A stretch of DNA of 63,910 bases, filler included, from Globobulimina sp. (GCA_003354225.1; 58 parts of 58 records of this genome joined end to end with filler, not necessarily neighbours in it); one strand, 5' to 3'; shown: positions 11,041 through 23,084, counted from the whole stretch's first letter. Numbers and translations are program-made. The notes: generated by a model not told the origin, from the letters alone.

Positions 11041-12044
11041 GATATTTCAATAAGATCTTCTTTAATGAATGAGATACATTCGTCATAACTTAAGATGTAA
11101 TTTTGTGGCATCATAAAAATAATTACATGAGAATTAGCAAACAGTTTACAGATATTTGATATATTAATAATATTATTTGCCTTTAAAAATATTGAGCGCA
11201 TCCATTCATATTTGTTCTTTATTTCAATGAAGTTTAATTTAATTATCTCATTTGATACATGATATTGTAATAATTGATCAATATATGGTGGTAATTGCAT
11301 CATACTTTTGTGTGAATTGAAAGTACAAAAAATATGATTGATCAATTCAAACATCATTAATTGCTGTTTGTCATTGGATAAAATTGTATGTTCCCTCACA
11401 GTTAATCCATATGAATCAGTCTCAAAATAACATTCATTGCTCCAATATATTTTGCATAACTCATCCATTTGCCGTTCATAGCAGACATAGCTTGCCATTG
11501 ATGAATTGCTGCAATTCTTAACACTGTATTTCCGCCATAAAATAATGTTTCTCTTTCTTGTGGGAATGCGGATAATTTCGAACACTCAAATTTGAACACA
11601 TCGTATTGTTGACACACAAAAAAACCAGATTTTAAGCCTCCTTCACTGTATTTTTTTAATGTTAACACTATTCCTGATCCACCTGAAAATAGTGCAGCTT
11701 TGGTAAACTAAATCAAATATAGATTCTCAATCATTTCAAACACATACAATTAATTAACAAAACATACATTGGCCGTTGTACTTGTCGGTAAATTAAATCT
11801 TGTGGCGAACATTCCAAAATTAAATATTTTCGTCACACCTCGATAATATTTTCCTTTGTTTAGCTGCGATCCATAACATTGCACACATTCTGATAATAAT
11901 TTGGCCCAATTGCAAATTTCAGCAATTTGGGTTGCATTTTCTGATCGTAAAATGGAACAAAATAAACCACATTCTTTGGTATAATCAGTGTATAATTTTA
12001 ATGCACAAATATGTTCCATTGAGAATACATTACCTTTTTGAATA
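11041..12044 (-). CDS. ADP-ribosyltransferase-like (R-S-E) protein fragment; intron 11708-11767; frameshift near 11410
   Basis: LKLYTD, YYRG, PTSTT and SAFPQERETLFYGG occur in ART order; the downstream frame continues YGLTVREH. Confidence 0.6.
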
Positions 12045-12144
12045 NNNNNNNNNNNNNNNNNNNNNNNNNNNNNNNNNNNNNNNNNNNNTTAATTAATTAA
12101 NNNNNNNNNNNNNNNNNNNNNNNNNNNNNNNNNNNNNNNNNNNN

Positions 12145-13148
12145 ATTTCAAATTAACGGACAGTTATATGACGGATTTACGAGCATGTCATGTAAACGTT
12201 CAATGGATGATTTCTGTGGTGAGTTTTATTTTACTGCAATTTCAGAAACTCAGGTTTTTGAAAATTATCCAATCAAAGAAGGACAAGCATGTAATGTAAT
12301 AGTCGATGGTGAACGATGGATGACTGCGTCAATTGAAACACTAAGTGTTGATTACGATGAAACAGAAATAACAATCAATGCAACAGGTCGAGAAATAACA
12401 GCCGATATTATTGATTCAACCGTGGGACCTGCTATCAGTATAGTTGGTCCCATCAGTCTTGAAGACTTAATAAACGAAGTATTGTCTTTAAGTAGCATAA
12501 CGGATATACAAGTTGTAAACGATGCGCCGAACATAGAACCGTTTGCTGAATCTGAAATAATAAAGCCATCTCTAGGAATGTCTATACATGACTTCTTAGA
12601 GAGTTACGCTAGGACTAGACAGGTATTATTAGTGACTGATAATTTTGGTCGCCTTGTGTTTACTAGGAGCTCTGAGGTATTATCTAATACTCGACTACTT
12701 AATAAAGTCGACGGACAAAGAAACAACGTCACTGGTGCTAGTTCAAAATTCGATAGGACAAAACGTTATGGCAAGTATGTAGTTCATTCGCAATCTAACG
12801 GCGGTGATGTGAACTGGTATCAATCTGAATTCGACCCAAATGCATCAGACGAAGATAACGCTGCAGTAGTTGCCGCCAACACAAATATATTTGCCGAAGT
12901 AATAGACCCTGAAATACGACCAACCAGAATAAACCACATAATATCAGAAAATCCAATGACAGTTGAACAATGCCAAGAACGTGCGGCATGGGAATGTAAT
13001 ATAAGTAGGGCACGTTCAATTGACTATAAGTGTATGCTCGATGGGCATAGTTTCAATGGAGTTGCTTTGAATTCAAATATACTCCACTTTATCGATGACG
13101 ACTTTATGGGCATAAGTGCTGAAATGATTTTAAGCGCCGTCGAACTTG
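12145..13148 (+). CDS. Phage Mu gp44/GpP-like baseplate hub protein fragment
   Basis: INGQLYDGFTSMSCKRSMDDFCGEF, VIVDGE..MT, ATGREITADIIDST, LVTDNFGRLVF and ERAAWECNISRARS. Confidence 0.82.
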
Positions 13149-13270
13149 NNNNNNNNNNNNNNNNNNNNNNNNNNNNNNNNNNNNNNNNNNNNTTAATTAA
13201 TTAANNNNNNNNNNNNNNNNNNNNNNNNNNNNNNNNNNNNNNNNNNNNTTTTTATTATCGCGGTCCATTA

Positions 13271-13996
13271 TTGGATTGGACGAAAAGTTTATCGTATTAT
13301 AATATTGGCTGTGGCGCAACATTGGAACTAGAACTTAAATATTCTGTGGAAATTACATATTTAGATCAAACGTGGAAATTTAAACACATTTCAGAAAATG
13401 ACCAAGTATTATCTCTAAAACAGGGATTGCAAGATCAACTTTTTCAAGAGACAGAAGCACTGAGATCAAAATACAGAGAATTGAGACAAATTCGTACATC
13501 AGAAATGGATTTATTTTATACATGGAGTTACACCGCCAAATTAAATGGCAATTTGACAGTTGGTAACTTTATACGCGCTCAAAAATGTGCCTGGGAGTCG
13601 CGAAGGTATCCAATACGATTAAAACTGGAAATCAATCCAAATGTAACTCCTCTACCGATTATAGTGAATGCACAATCGACTAAGAAACAATTTAAAATAT
13701 TTATAAAAATGCCTTTGTCCAAACTGACATTTGAATATTTTGCATTGCCAAGTGATAAAATTGGAGATATAAAAAGACGAATTGGACGCATCTATTCTGG
13801 TCTTATTGACAATGCGAAATATAAAAAGTACGTTGCAGGTAAACCATTTGAATCCAATCGTATATGGTATAAAAGACTCGGCAAAATGGATGATTGTTCT
13901 TTGGAAGAATGTGTCATTGGAGATCATGCTGTGGTATATTTGGTAGGTCAGGAACATCAAATACCAGAAGATGCAGTGTCTGAAATGAAAAAATGA
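13271..13996 (+). CDS. Protein with ubiquitin-like domains, 5'-truncated
   Basis: KSLSYYNIGCGATLEL and FKIFIKMP..PSDKIGDIKRRI..SLEECVIGDHAVVYLV resemble UBL folds. Confidence 0.55.
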   Translation: MDWTKSLSYYNIGCGATLELELKYSVEITYLDQTWKFKHISENDQVLSLKQGLQDQLFQETEALRSKYRELRQIRTSEMDLFYTWSYTAKLNGNLTVGNFIRAQKCAWESRRYPIRLKLEINPNVTPLPIIVNAQSTKKQFKIFIKMPLSKLTFEYFALPSDKIGDIKRRIGRIYSGLIDNAKYKKYVAGKPFESNRIWYKRLGKMDDCSLEECVIGDHAVVYLVGQEHQIPEDAVSEMKK

Positions 13997-14352
13997 ATTA
14001 GAAACAAGAAAAAGAATATTTAGTGGGAGAGAGAGAGACTTTGTATTTATTTTTGTATGAAACTTTAAGTGGGTTTCATTGTGATTTTTTTGTAATGTTT
14101 TTGTTGAGTTTTCCATAAAATATGTTCTTTTGTAAAGAGCATCCGGTCTTCAGCGTCAGATTTTTATTGGGGCAAGGTATACGCAAACCGTTTCTGGTGA
14201 CTGATAAAGGTAAAAACAATATAGGTTTGCCTTCGTTTCTCAGAAACAATAANNNNNNNNNNNNNNNNNNNNNNNNNNNNNNNNNNNNNNNNNNNNTTAA
14301 TTAATTAANNNNNNNNNNNNNNNNNNNNNNNNNNNNNNNNNNNNNNNNNNNN

Positions 14353-14643
14353 AGATAACAATCATCTACGACGATATCGAATACAAAGTCGATTTATTAA
14401 TTACCACGTCCACCATACGCAAAATGCGCGCAATTAATTGGCAATTTTTATAATGATGTTATAACCAAAGAACATTTAATATGCGTTATGATCTACACAA
14501 ACCACAACGAGATACAACGCAAATTCAAGGAAACCTTACGTTTGCTCACCAATATTAAGCTAATGAGCGCGTTTAATGAGAGCATATACCACGAAAAATA
14601 CATGCAATTGAAGCACAAAATAGTGAGATTGTCAAGAATATAA
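14353..14643 (+). pseudogene. Degraded fragment of the same ART-associated family as 11041-12044 and 59599-60557
   Basis: TIRKMRA / ITKEHLICVMIYTNHNEIQRKFKETLR across frameshifts; parallels EHICALKLYTDY and DYIIAILMYCNFD. Confidence 0.5.
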
Positions 14644-15703
14644 AGCAAACCAATCATTACTAAAATTGGCATCAAAATAAGGGCGCATTATGAAAATAAT
14701 AATAATTACAATAGTAATAATATGAGTGGTAGCCTCATTTAACTACTCACTCAACAAAAATTTTTATTAATCAGAATCAGAATTTAATTCCATTTGCGAG
14801 CCAGTACCTGATTTGAGAAATTCATACCAGATTCAAATTTCTCAAATCTCTCATGAATTTCTCAAATCAACTAGTTTGTCTGAATTGTGTGATTTATAAA
14901 TTTCTCAAATTTCTCAAATCGAATCAAATTTCCCAAATCTACTTAAATAAAACACAAATTTTTTAGTCTCTCAAAAAAACTTATTAGTCTCTAGGCCGAT
15001 GTCGCCCGTTGTCAATAAATGCTGCATCAAAATTTGGTTCTTGATCAAAATCCAATAAATCATCCAAGGATATAACGGCTCTCTCTGAAATTTTATCAAT
15101 TCAGCCCAATCAACAAAACCTCAATTTTCAATCGAATGTACTTTAATAAATTTGTATAAATCTCGTCTTTCTCGCGGTGATTTACCATTCCATGTCGGGA
15201 AAATAAATGGGAATTCCACCGAACACGACCAATGTGTGTTGTGTCCCTCTTTTTTAATATCCAATAATTTCACCAAACCAACTTTCTTTGCCACCTCTAA
15301 ACATGAACGAATTACCAATTTCGGCGGCCATTTGAATGTACCATTCGGCAATTTGTNNNNNNNNNNNNNNNNNNNNNNNNNNNNNNNNNNNNNNNNNNNN
15401 TTAATTAATTAANNNNNNNNNNNNNNNNNNNNNNNNNNNNNNNNNNNNNNNNNNNNATGATAATAAATTACAAAACGAAGGAGAATATTGACACAAATGC
15501 GTAACAACATTCTTTTTTTTTAATTTTTTATACTGCGTTTTCAAAAAAAATAGTTAATTACAATATTGGCACTTTTTTTTGCGGTGCCATGCAGTGGCAT
15601 GACTTTGTTGCAATGCAATGGAGCTATGTGTATGCACTGAGACAGTTAGTGATAAATTAAAATAAATAAATCTCCGAAAGGTTTAACAAAAATGTCAATG
15701 TGA

Positions 15704-16435
15704 TCATCTTTGTAAATCCAATATTAAATAAAAAATAGATTTGCCATTAGCTAGTTGCTCATTATATTTCTGTTCACTGTAATTATAATATTTTCGCACT
15801 TTCTTTATTTGAGAAATGGTGTAAATGCATAATATCCAGATACAAAGTACGCACAATGCCAGCACCCAGATTGGAAACAAAGTGTCTCCCTCGACTTGCA
15901 TACATTGTGTGCCTTTGAATAATTTCGGGATAATCCCATCCGGCCCACATATTTTGGGGAAATTTTGATTCAATATCCATTGGGATACTTTTCCTATTTC
16001 CAATACTAACACACATGAAGCAATCACAAATACATCCAATGCATTCCACGACATACTTATTTGCATCATATTGCTGCAATAGTTCAGATATTTATATTCC
16101 ATCGGAATGAACAGCAACATAATGACCGTCACCGTTAATAAAATGGGGAAAAATATAGCAGTCATAAAAAACGCAAATGATAAAAATGGAGCAGCAAAGT
16201 GTTTATCTGTACAGCCTGGCACTGTAGTTACAATTTGCCATATTGAATATTCACGAACTGGGTCGGATACAAAGTTGCCGACAATCCCTGAAAGTGTATA
16301 CCTCACCGCGACTGCATCAAAAACGGAGTAAATCACCACACAAAAGGCGCCCACAGTAAGCACCAACATTAATACACCATACACTGACGATTTGTTACTA
16401 AATCCAACATGCCAGGCATTATTTTGTTCGTCCAT
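15704..16435 (-). CDS. PqiA-like (paraquat-inducible protein A) membrane protein, C-terminal part
   Basis: YSIWQIV and SWNALDVFVIA (cf. KWSMLDVF); several TM segments. Confidence 0.65.
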   Translation of the reverse strand: MDEQNNAWHVGFSNKSSVYGVLMLVLTVGAFCVVIYSVFDAVAVRYTLSGIVGNFVSDPVREYSIWQIVTTVPGCTDKHFAAPFLSFAFFMTAIFFPILLTVTVIMLLFIPMEYKYLNYCSNMMQISMSWNALDVFVIASCVLVLEIGKVSQWILNQNFPKICGPDGIIPKLFKGTQCMQVEGDTLFPIWVLALCVLCIWILCIYTISQIKKVRKYYNYSEQKYNEQLANGKSIFYLILDLQR

Positions 16436-16560
16436 TGATTTGTCACTAATCTCTATTAAGNNNNNNNNNNNNNNNNNNNNNNNNNNNNNNNNNNNNNNNN
16501 NNNNTTAATTAATTAANNNNNNNNNNNNNNNNNNNNNNNNNNNNNNNNNNNNNNNNNNNN

Positions 16561-17190
16561 CAAAAGATTAGCACCGGTATGGGAGGAATTAGCAACAAAA
16601 TTGAAAGGAAAAGTGAATGTGGCAAAAATAGATGTCACTCAAAATCGTGCATTAGGAAAACAATTTGGAGTTAAAGGCTTTCCGACATTGCTATTATTTC
16701 GACGAGTTTAGTTATATAACACATGACATACAATCCATGCAATTAATCCTTGCACTCTGCACAGGGAAAAATGATCAAATATTCAGGAGCAAGAACCAAA
16801 GAGGCATTGTCAGAATGGGCACTAACTGCAGAAGCAACGGATGCTTTGCCCGGACCAATACCCGTAACAGAAAAAGCATTGTCTGGATTGGTCAAAATAT
16901 TGGAAGATTTAATTGGTGTTTTAAACAAGTTTCCAGTGCCAGCCATTATTTTAATTATTGGAGGCTTACTCATTGGAATTATGTTAGGAGCCATAATGTG
17001 TGGCAGTAGTGTTGAATATAGGGATAGAATTAAGTATATTCCTCAACCCCAATCTCAATCTCAATCTCAGCCACAAACACAAGCAAATGGACCACCGGCT
17101 GCTATTACGGATGATAGTAAGGATGACATTGATGATGCTGATAAAGCTGAAGCTGAACCACAAGACCCCAAAATAAAGAAAGATAATTGA
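16561..17190 (+). CDS. Thioredoxin/PDI-like ER membrane protein (TMX-like), 5'-truncated; intron 16706-16764
   Basis: KRLAPVWEELA..VAKIDVT..FGVKGFPTLLLF..YSGART; one TM segment; C-terminal KKDN di-lysine motif. Confidence 0.88.
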
Positions 17191-17664
17191 CATGACAATG
17201 AGTCAACGACATTAATAATTAAGAGACTACAATATAGCAACGTTTTTTTTAAGCAAATGACACCTACACATTACAATTAATCTTATTAAATTAACAAAAC
17301 ACCGCTTGGTCTCCAGCCAACAGCTGGATAAATCCGATAAATACTAATTCATAAAATAAATTGATTTCTTAGAGTTTTGAAGAAGAAGAAGAAGAAGATA
17401 ATGCCATTTTAGATTTAGAAAGCACGAAAAGTAACCTAAGAGTAGTAGTAGTGGGGCAAAATTCAGTCAGGTTGTAAGTCTGACTCCATACTCACAGATT
17501 GCTTAAACATCCCTGTGAGGGTTTCAATGAATCCAAAAGAGGATCCGGGTGGTGTCGTGAAACANNNNNNNNNNNNNNNNNNNNNNNNNNNNNNNNNNNN
17601 NNNNNNNNTTAATTAATTAANNNNNNNNNNNNNNNNNNNNNNNNNNNNNNNNNNNNNNNNNNNN

Positions 17665-18668
17665 CCATATAGATATTCTGCATTGGAACAATATGCATTA
17701 CCCTTTTATATTGATATTGGTATTGAACATAACGAGGAATATTTCGAAGCTCAATGCGTATTCCAGCTGCGGATACGGCCAGAAAGTTATAACATTGGTC
17801 AAGAAACAATTGGAGCTTCAGAGAATGAAGAGATTATTGATGTGAATTTCAGTAATGATGAATTAGAATGGTACACAAAAGAGAGTGTTGGCATTGTGGT
17901 GCATGGATTATTGATCAAACTCAGCAAAATGGATTCAGAGCAAGACCCAAATGAAAGTACAGTGTTTAATGCAGATTCAGAAGATATTGACGATGGCAGT
18001 ACATACTCATCGGTGGTAGTTTTGTTGCAAATATATTGCATCAGTTAGACTTAACAGAATATAGTATGGCATTTGCATTGTTTGGTATTGATGAACAATC
18101 ATTATTAACTTTACATGACTCAGTTGTTGAAGGTATGATGCAGTCTAAAAAAGACAGGGATACATTTTTAGAATGGCTAACATTATACAAAGAGCAACAA
18201 AAACTGGACCCAATATATTTATATAAATGGATTGATTGTTATGATGTTGAGACTGATAAATGGTTCGAAGCGCAAATAATTGAGATATCAAATTCTTCGA
18301 AAAATATTACGGTACATTTTAAAGGATGGCAAAGTAAATGGGATATTTGGATTGATTTACGTAAGGAAACAGGAACAGTGAGACTGTTGCATACATTTAC
18401 AGTCAAACCTGATACGTTAGCGAGTAGAGATAAATTGGAATCATATGAAGTTGGAACAAAATGCGACTGTTTAGATAGCACAGACAAATGGTTTGAAGCA
18501 GAAATTATTGAGAATAATTTATATAAAATGTTTGAAGCTGGCGAGTTAGTTAAGATTCGATATAAAGGATACAGCTCAAAACATGATGAATGGATTAACA
18601 AACATTCATCTCGAATTGCAAAGTTATATAAGATGACAAATCCCACAATGAACAGTAAAGTCGAATGT
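17665..18668 (+). CDS. NEURL4-type ART-like domain + SAM-like domain + two Tudor-knot/chromo-barrel repeats; frameshift at about 18040
   Basis: AQCVFQLRIRPESY..IDVNFSNDELEWYTKE..VHGLLIK; LTEYSMAFALFGIDEQSLLTL; KWFEAQII..VHFKGWQSKWDIWI and KWFEAEII..IRYKGYSSKHDEWI. Confidence 0.65.
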
Positions 18669-18788
18669 NNNNNNNNNNNNNNNNNNNNNNNNNNNNNNNN
18701 NNNNNNNNNNNNTTAATTAATTAANNNNNNNNNNNNNNNNNNNNNNNNNNNNNNNNNNNNNNNNNNNNATTCAAATTAACAGTATCAG

Positions 18789-19772
18789 TTAATTCCATTT
18801 CGATTCAAATTCCCAATCCACCAATCCACACATCTTCGTAGTTTGTCTGAACCAAATAAATAATCCCCATATTAATATAAACAATACCGTCACAACAGTA
18901 CCCATTGAATACTCTTTATAAAATGTACATAGATAAATAATCGGAGGAAATATAAATGCTATTGAAGCTAATGCATAATCCCCAACAGCATCAATAACTC
19001 CTTTGATCCCAGCACGTTCTTCAAAATAAATACTCAAAGCCATCACCATTGCAAACAAACCAATAGAAATAATATATTCCAATGCTGTCATTTCAAATTT
19101 TTTTATAACTCTTACTAAGCAAATCGGCGAAGAATATTCCTCAGCTTTTTCCTCATTTAATTCCTCCAAACCGACACTATCCGCCGCCTTCACTTTAACT
19201 TCAACATTATTTGTATGTGACGCACCACCTTCAATTTCCTTTTTCATCGCATGTTGATCAACATTCTCACCAGCAGTAGAATGCGTGGTTAATTTTGCAA
19301 TCATAGATTCAATGTAATCTCTAGCACAATGCACGCACAGCGGTACTGTTACTAATAACAAACCAACCAACACATATCTTGCTGTATTAAACCAATAATC
19401 TATTTGGAACAATCGGTCGTGCTCATCAGCAGTAAACACATTATCCGGGAATGTTCTTCCATCCCTAACCCTAAAATTAACAAATCCACCAACTCCTAAT
19501 AATGCACTAATAGCAAATACTATCAATAATGTAAATTTAGAAGCTTTATCCCATGCATCAATGCTTTGATTTCGCATTGTGGATTTTACACAAAATAAGC
19601 AATCATGGTAAATGACAGCAAAAGCAAATGTACCAATGCTCTCCAAAATGTTCATTGAAAACCAGGTCTGTCTGCTATCCACAAATCGGTACAATGGTTT
19701 TGCGATTGTGCTTTGTGTATATGGATCGACAGAGGCTCTGACCACCACAAATAAAACAATCATCCCATACAC
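18789..19772 (-). CDS. Amino acid transporter (Aa_trans/SLC38-like), 5'-truncated
   Basis: SIGTFAFAVIYH, TVPLCVHCARD and IAFIFPPIIYL; multi-TM. Confidence 0.8.
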   Translation of the reverse strand: MYGMIVLFVVVRASVDPYTQSTIAKPLYRFVDSRQTWFSMNILESIGTFAFAVIYHDCLFCVKSTMRNQSIDAWDKASKFTLLIVFAISALLGVGGFVNFRVRDGRTFPDNVFTADEHDRLFQIDYWFNTARYVLVGLLLVTVPLCVHCARDYIESMIAKLTTHSTAGENVDQHAMKKEIEGGASHTNNVEVKVKAADSVGLEELNEEKAEEYSSPICLVRVIKKFEMTALEYIISIGLFAMVMALSIYFEERAGIKGVIDAVGDYALASIAFIFPPIIYLCTFYKEYSMGTVVTVLFILIWGLFIWFRQTTKMCGLVDWEFESKWN

Positions 19773-20384
19773 NNNNNNNNNNNNNNNNNNNNNNNNNNNN
19801 NNNNNNNNNNNNNNNNTTAATTAATTAANNNNNNNNNNNNNNNNNNNNNNNNNNNNNNNNNNNNNNNNNNNNTGTTCGACAGGATTGTTAAAAAAAATGA
19901 AAAACTCTGTCAAACTGAATGAAAATTCAGTACATATCGGAGACCCCTAATGGATTTCTAAATTTTGATTAATGAAAATCGATGACATATTGCGTGGATG
20001 GCATTTTTTGTATCAAAATAAAAACAAAATTATATTTCGATAGATCATTGTATACATCTTCTCTTTGGCCTTGTCAAGTAGCGCGATAACTTGTGGAATG
20101 AGTTCATATATGACAGGAGGACTGGTTTATGGCGTTGTTTGGCGATTGGCTATTATTATCTGTCAATAAAAAGAGAAATTTGAAGTTCTGCGCATTTGAA
20201 AAACTTCACAAGTGTGGTCCGGCTCCATACTCAATAAAACACAATAAATCATTAAACATTAATAACTGAAAATTAACTCTGTTATAACTTATAAAATATA
20301 GATTACCAAAAACATGAATTCGAACACAAAACAAACAGAAAACAATATTGCGAAAAACAATACAAATATAAAACAATCTTCTAA

Positions 20385-20876
20385 TTAAATAACATCATTA
20401 TCGCCAATATCAATTTCAATATCAACGTCCTCCATACATTGCACCACTGCGCTTGAATTTGAGTTGCGACTTAGATCGAGTTCCTCAATTTCATCCGGCT
20501 CCACTTCTTCCTGCGAGTCATATTGCAGCGACCAAAACGGACTTAAATTATCTAAAAACGTTGCTGTTTTTATAAACGCACTCGATCTCCGATGTTGTTT
20601 ATTCCGTATAAATGAATTATTATCCAAATCATCTTCATTTTCATCTTCGTGTTGTTTGCATTGATTATTTATATCAAATGACATTATATTTTCTATCATT
20701 GTGGCATCGCGATCAATATCATCATCATCCTCCGCTTTTAATTTATCATTTAAAATAATCTCCGTTTCCAATAATTCATTCGTATCATTCGTATCATCTG
20801 TATCTTGTGAATCGCTCTCCGACAATGGCTCATCATTCATATTTGCACCGCACGATCAATTTATATATTCATGCTC
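20385..20876 (-). CDS. Acidic low-complexity C-terminal fragment
   Basis: D/E-rich ORF followed by an AT-rich 3' UTR. Confidence 0.45.
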
Positions 20877-21162
20877 NNNNNNNNNNNNNNNNNNNNNNNN
20901 NNNNNNNNNNNNNNNNNNNNTTAATTAATTAANNNNNNNNNNNNNNNNNNNNNNNNNNNNNNNNNNNNNNNNNNNNAGTTTGTTTTAGTATTTAAGAACA
21001 CGTCAATAAGGGAGTTGGCAGACATGATGTTACATTTAAGCTGGATTAAAACTTTTGATTTGGATATGCTGAAAATCCGAATATCAAAAGCTTTTTATTC
21101 CGCTCGGACTTTACTTTAGCAATATGATAAAAAAACTAGCTTAAATTAAATAAAGATAACAG

Positions 21163-21980
21163 TTATTTCCAATGTCGACATCCGTAACAAATCCGGCGAT
21201 GGTAACCTGCACAGTCCGGATGCGATTTTTTTGTCCATGTTGAACCACAACATTTACATTTAATAGATACCAAATACTTTTCTGAGGATGTCATGCATTC
21301 TGGACATGTTTTGATACTGTCACTTGGGCAAAATTGACAAACTCCATTCTTGAAGGAAGACGGACAAAACTTTGCATTGCAAAGATCACATTGAATAATT
21401 GAATGACATTCATCATGTTTGCCAAACCCCAATATACCAGTTACAATCCCACAAAGTGAACAATGGACAATACATTCATTACAGGATGCAAACCACTCAT
21501 TAGCACATCGTTCGCATTGAAATCCTTCCGTACAGCATAATTTATCGCAATTCCTACAAAACTCGACAGATGCATAGGCAGTTATGCATTCTTCACAAAA
21601 TATTTTGTCATTGCATTGAAAATAACCAATTTGAGAGATTGCTGTTTGTGCTCTTTGCAGTCGCCAGTCGTCATCATAACGAACATCTCGCTCAACAAAT
21701 GATAGTTGTGTTGATATGGAATAATCACAGTTTAAGACACAAAATTCATGCTGACATTGGTCAAAATTATCGCATTTTTTAATTTCACCAACAGCAAATT
21801 CCGAGATTTCCTTTATTATTACCGAAGGCATTCGCACTTTGAAACATTTCACTGTCTTTACTGCATCAAAAACAGATTTATATTGTATTTGATCCAAATA
21901 ATCAGAAAATAAACCAGATGAAACAAAATTCTTTGCTTTATTTCTATTTAATGTATCGGCTGCTTTTGACAATATATGTT
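21163..21980 (-). CDS. Cysteine-rich (multi-CxxC) protein, 5'-truncated
   Basis: About ten CxxC pairs following MPSVIIKEISEF. Confidence 0.6.
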
Positions 21981-22080
21981 NNNNNNNNNNNNNNNNNNNN
22001 NNNNNNNNNNNNNNNNNNNNNNNNTTAATTAATTAANNNNNNNNNNNNNNNNNNNNNNNNNNNNNNNNNNNNNNNNNNNN

Positions 22081-23084
22081 CTGTGCCGGGGTCTTTGCTG
22101 TTGGCCTTCGTATTATTGTTCTGTTTGTTGGGCGATCGCGAAATCCTTTTTTTTTAATTATTGGCCAAAAAATATGGACGAAATTATATTTGCATGATGT
22201 ACGAATATAAAATCAAGAATAAAAAAAATATGGACTGTCATTGTACTTACCTGCATTTGGAGGCGGTTTTGATGACACATTGGATGACGTATATGACGGT
22301 CGAACTGTACAAATAGATATGAAATGTATATTTGTATTCATATATTATAACTGCGAAAGTGTATAAGTAAGAAAGACCTGAATCAGACGGCACACGTTTT
22401 GCCCTGAACCCCCTCGCTCGCGACGACAATCCGTTTGATCTCGTCACATTATCACCGTTTGAATTGTTAGTAGTTGGCCTCGAAATGTTATTCGTTGGTC
22501 TGCTGATGTTATTGCTTGATGTGTTATAACTGTTATTTCGGTTAAAATTATTGTTATTGAAACCGCTATAATTTCTGTTAAAATTATTATTATTGCTGTA
22601 ACTGCCATAATTCCTGCTGTTAAAAGAATTGCTGTTATTAAAAGAATTATTGCTGAAATTGCTATATTTCCTGTCCCCTTCGGTGGGATCATAATTTGGA
22701 TCGTATGCCGTCGCCACCCGCGCTGCCCGAAAACCGCCGGCTTTTCGCAATGAAGATTTAGTGACTTTGTCGGCCTCTGCTAACGTTGGGAAGGACAGCT
22801 GCTTTCGTGTCATATCCACATCCTTTTCGTCATATGTATGTACAATACGACGTGCTTTGAAGCCACCTTTCGAGTTTAAGCGGGTTGGGATCCTGCGGGT
22901 CAATGCTGGCGGAGGGATTTTACGGATTAATGCCGGTGGAGTTTCAACGGTTTTAGTGTTTTTTTGGTACTTTCGCAATCGCCTCGCGCTTTTTTTGCTT
23001 TTTTTGGTACTTAATATATTTGTATTTGCCTGTTTTTGCTTTGTCTGTTTTGCCACCTGTGCCCACTTTTGCCGCTGTAATGGA
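22081..23084 (-). CDS. Basic, N-rich disordered protein fragment; introns 22305-22377 and 22146-22250
   Basis: GT-AG introns keep the frame; repeated GF[KR]AxR motifs. Confidence 0.55.

Noticed and set aside
11400-11420. Programmed frameshifting or an alternative genetic code to explain broken ORFs
   Set aside because: Conserved genes translate with the standard code, and the breaks are explained by introns or single indels without a shared slippery motif.
14810-14940. Repeated AATTTCTCAAAT motifs
   Set aside because: Short AT-rich irregular repeats without constant spacers or element boundaries.
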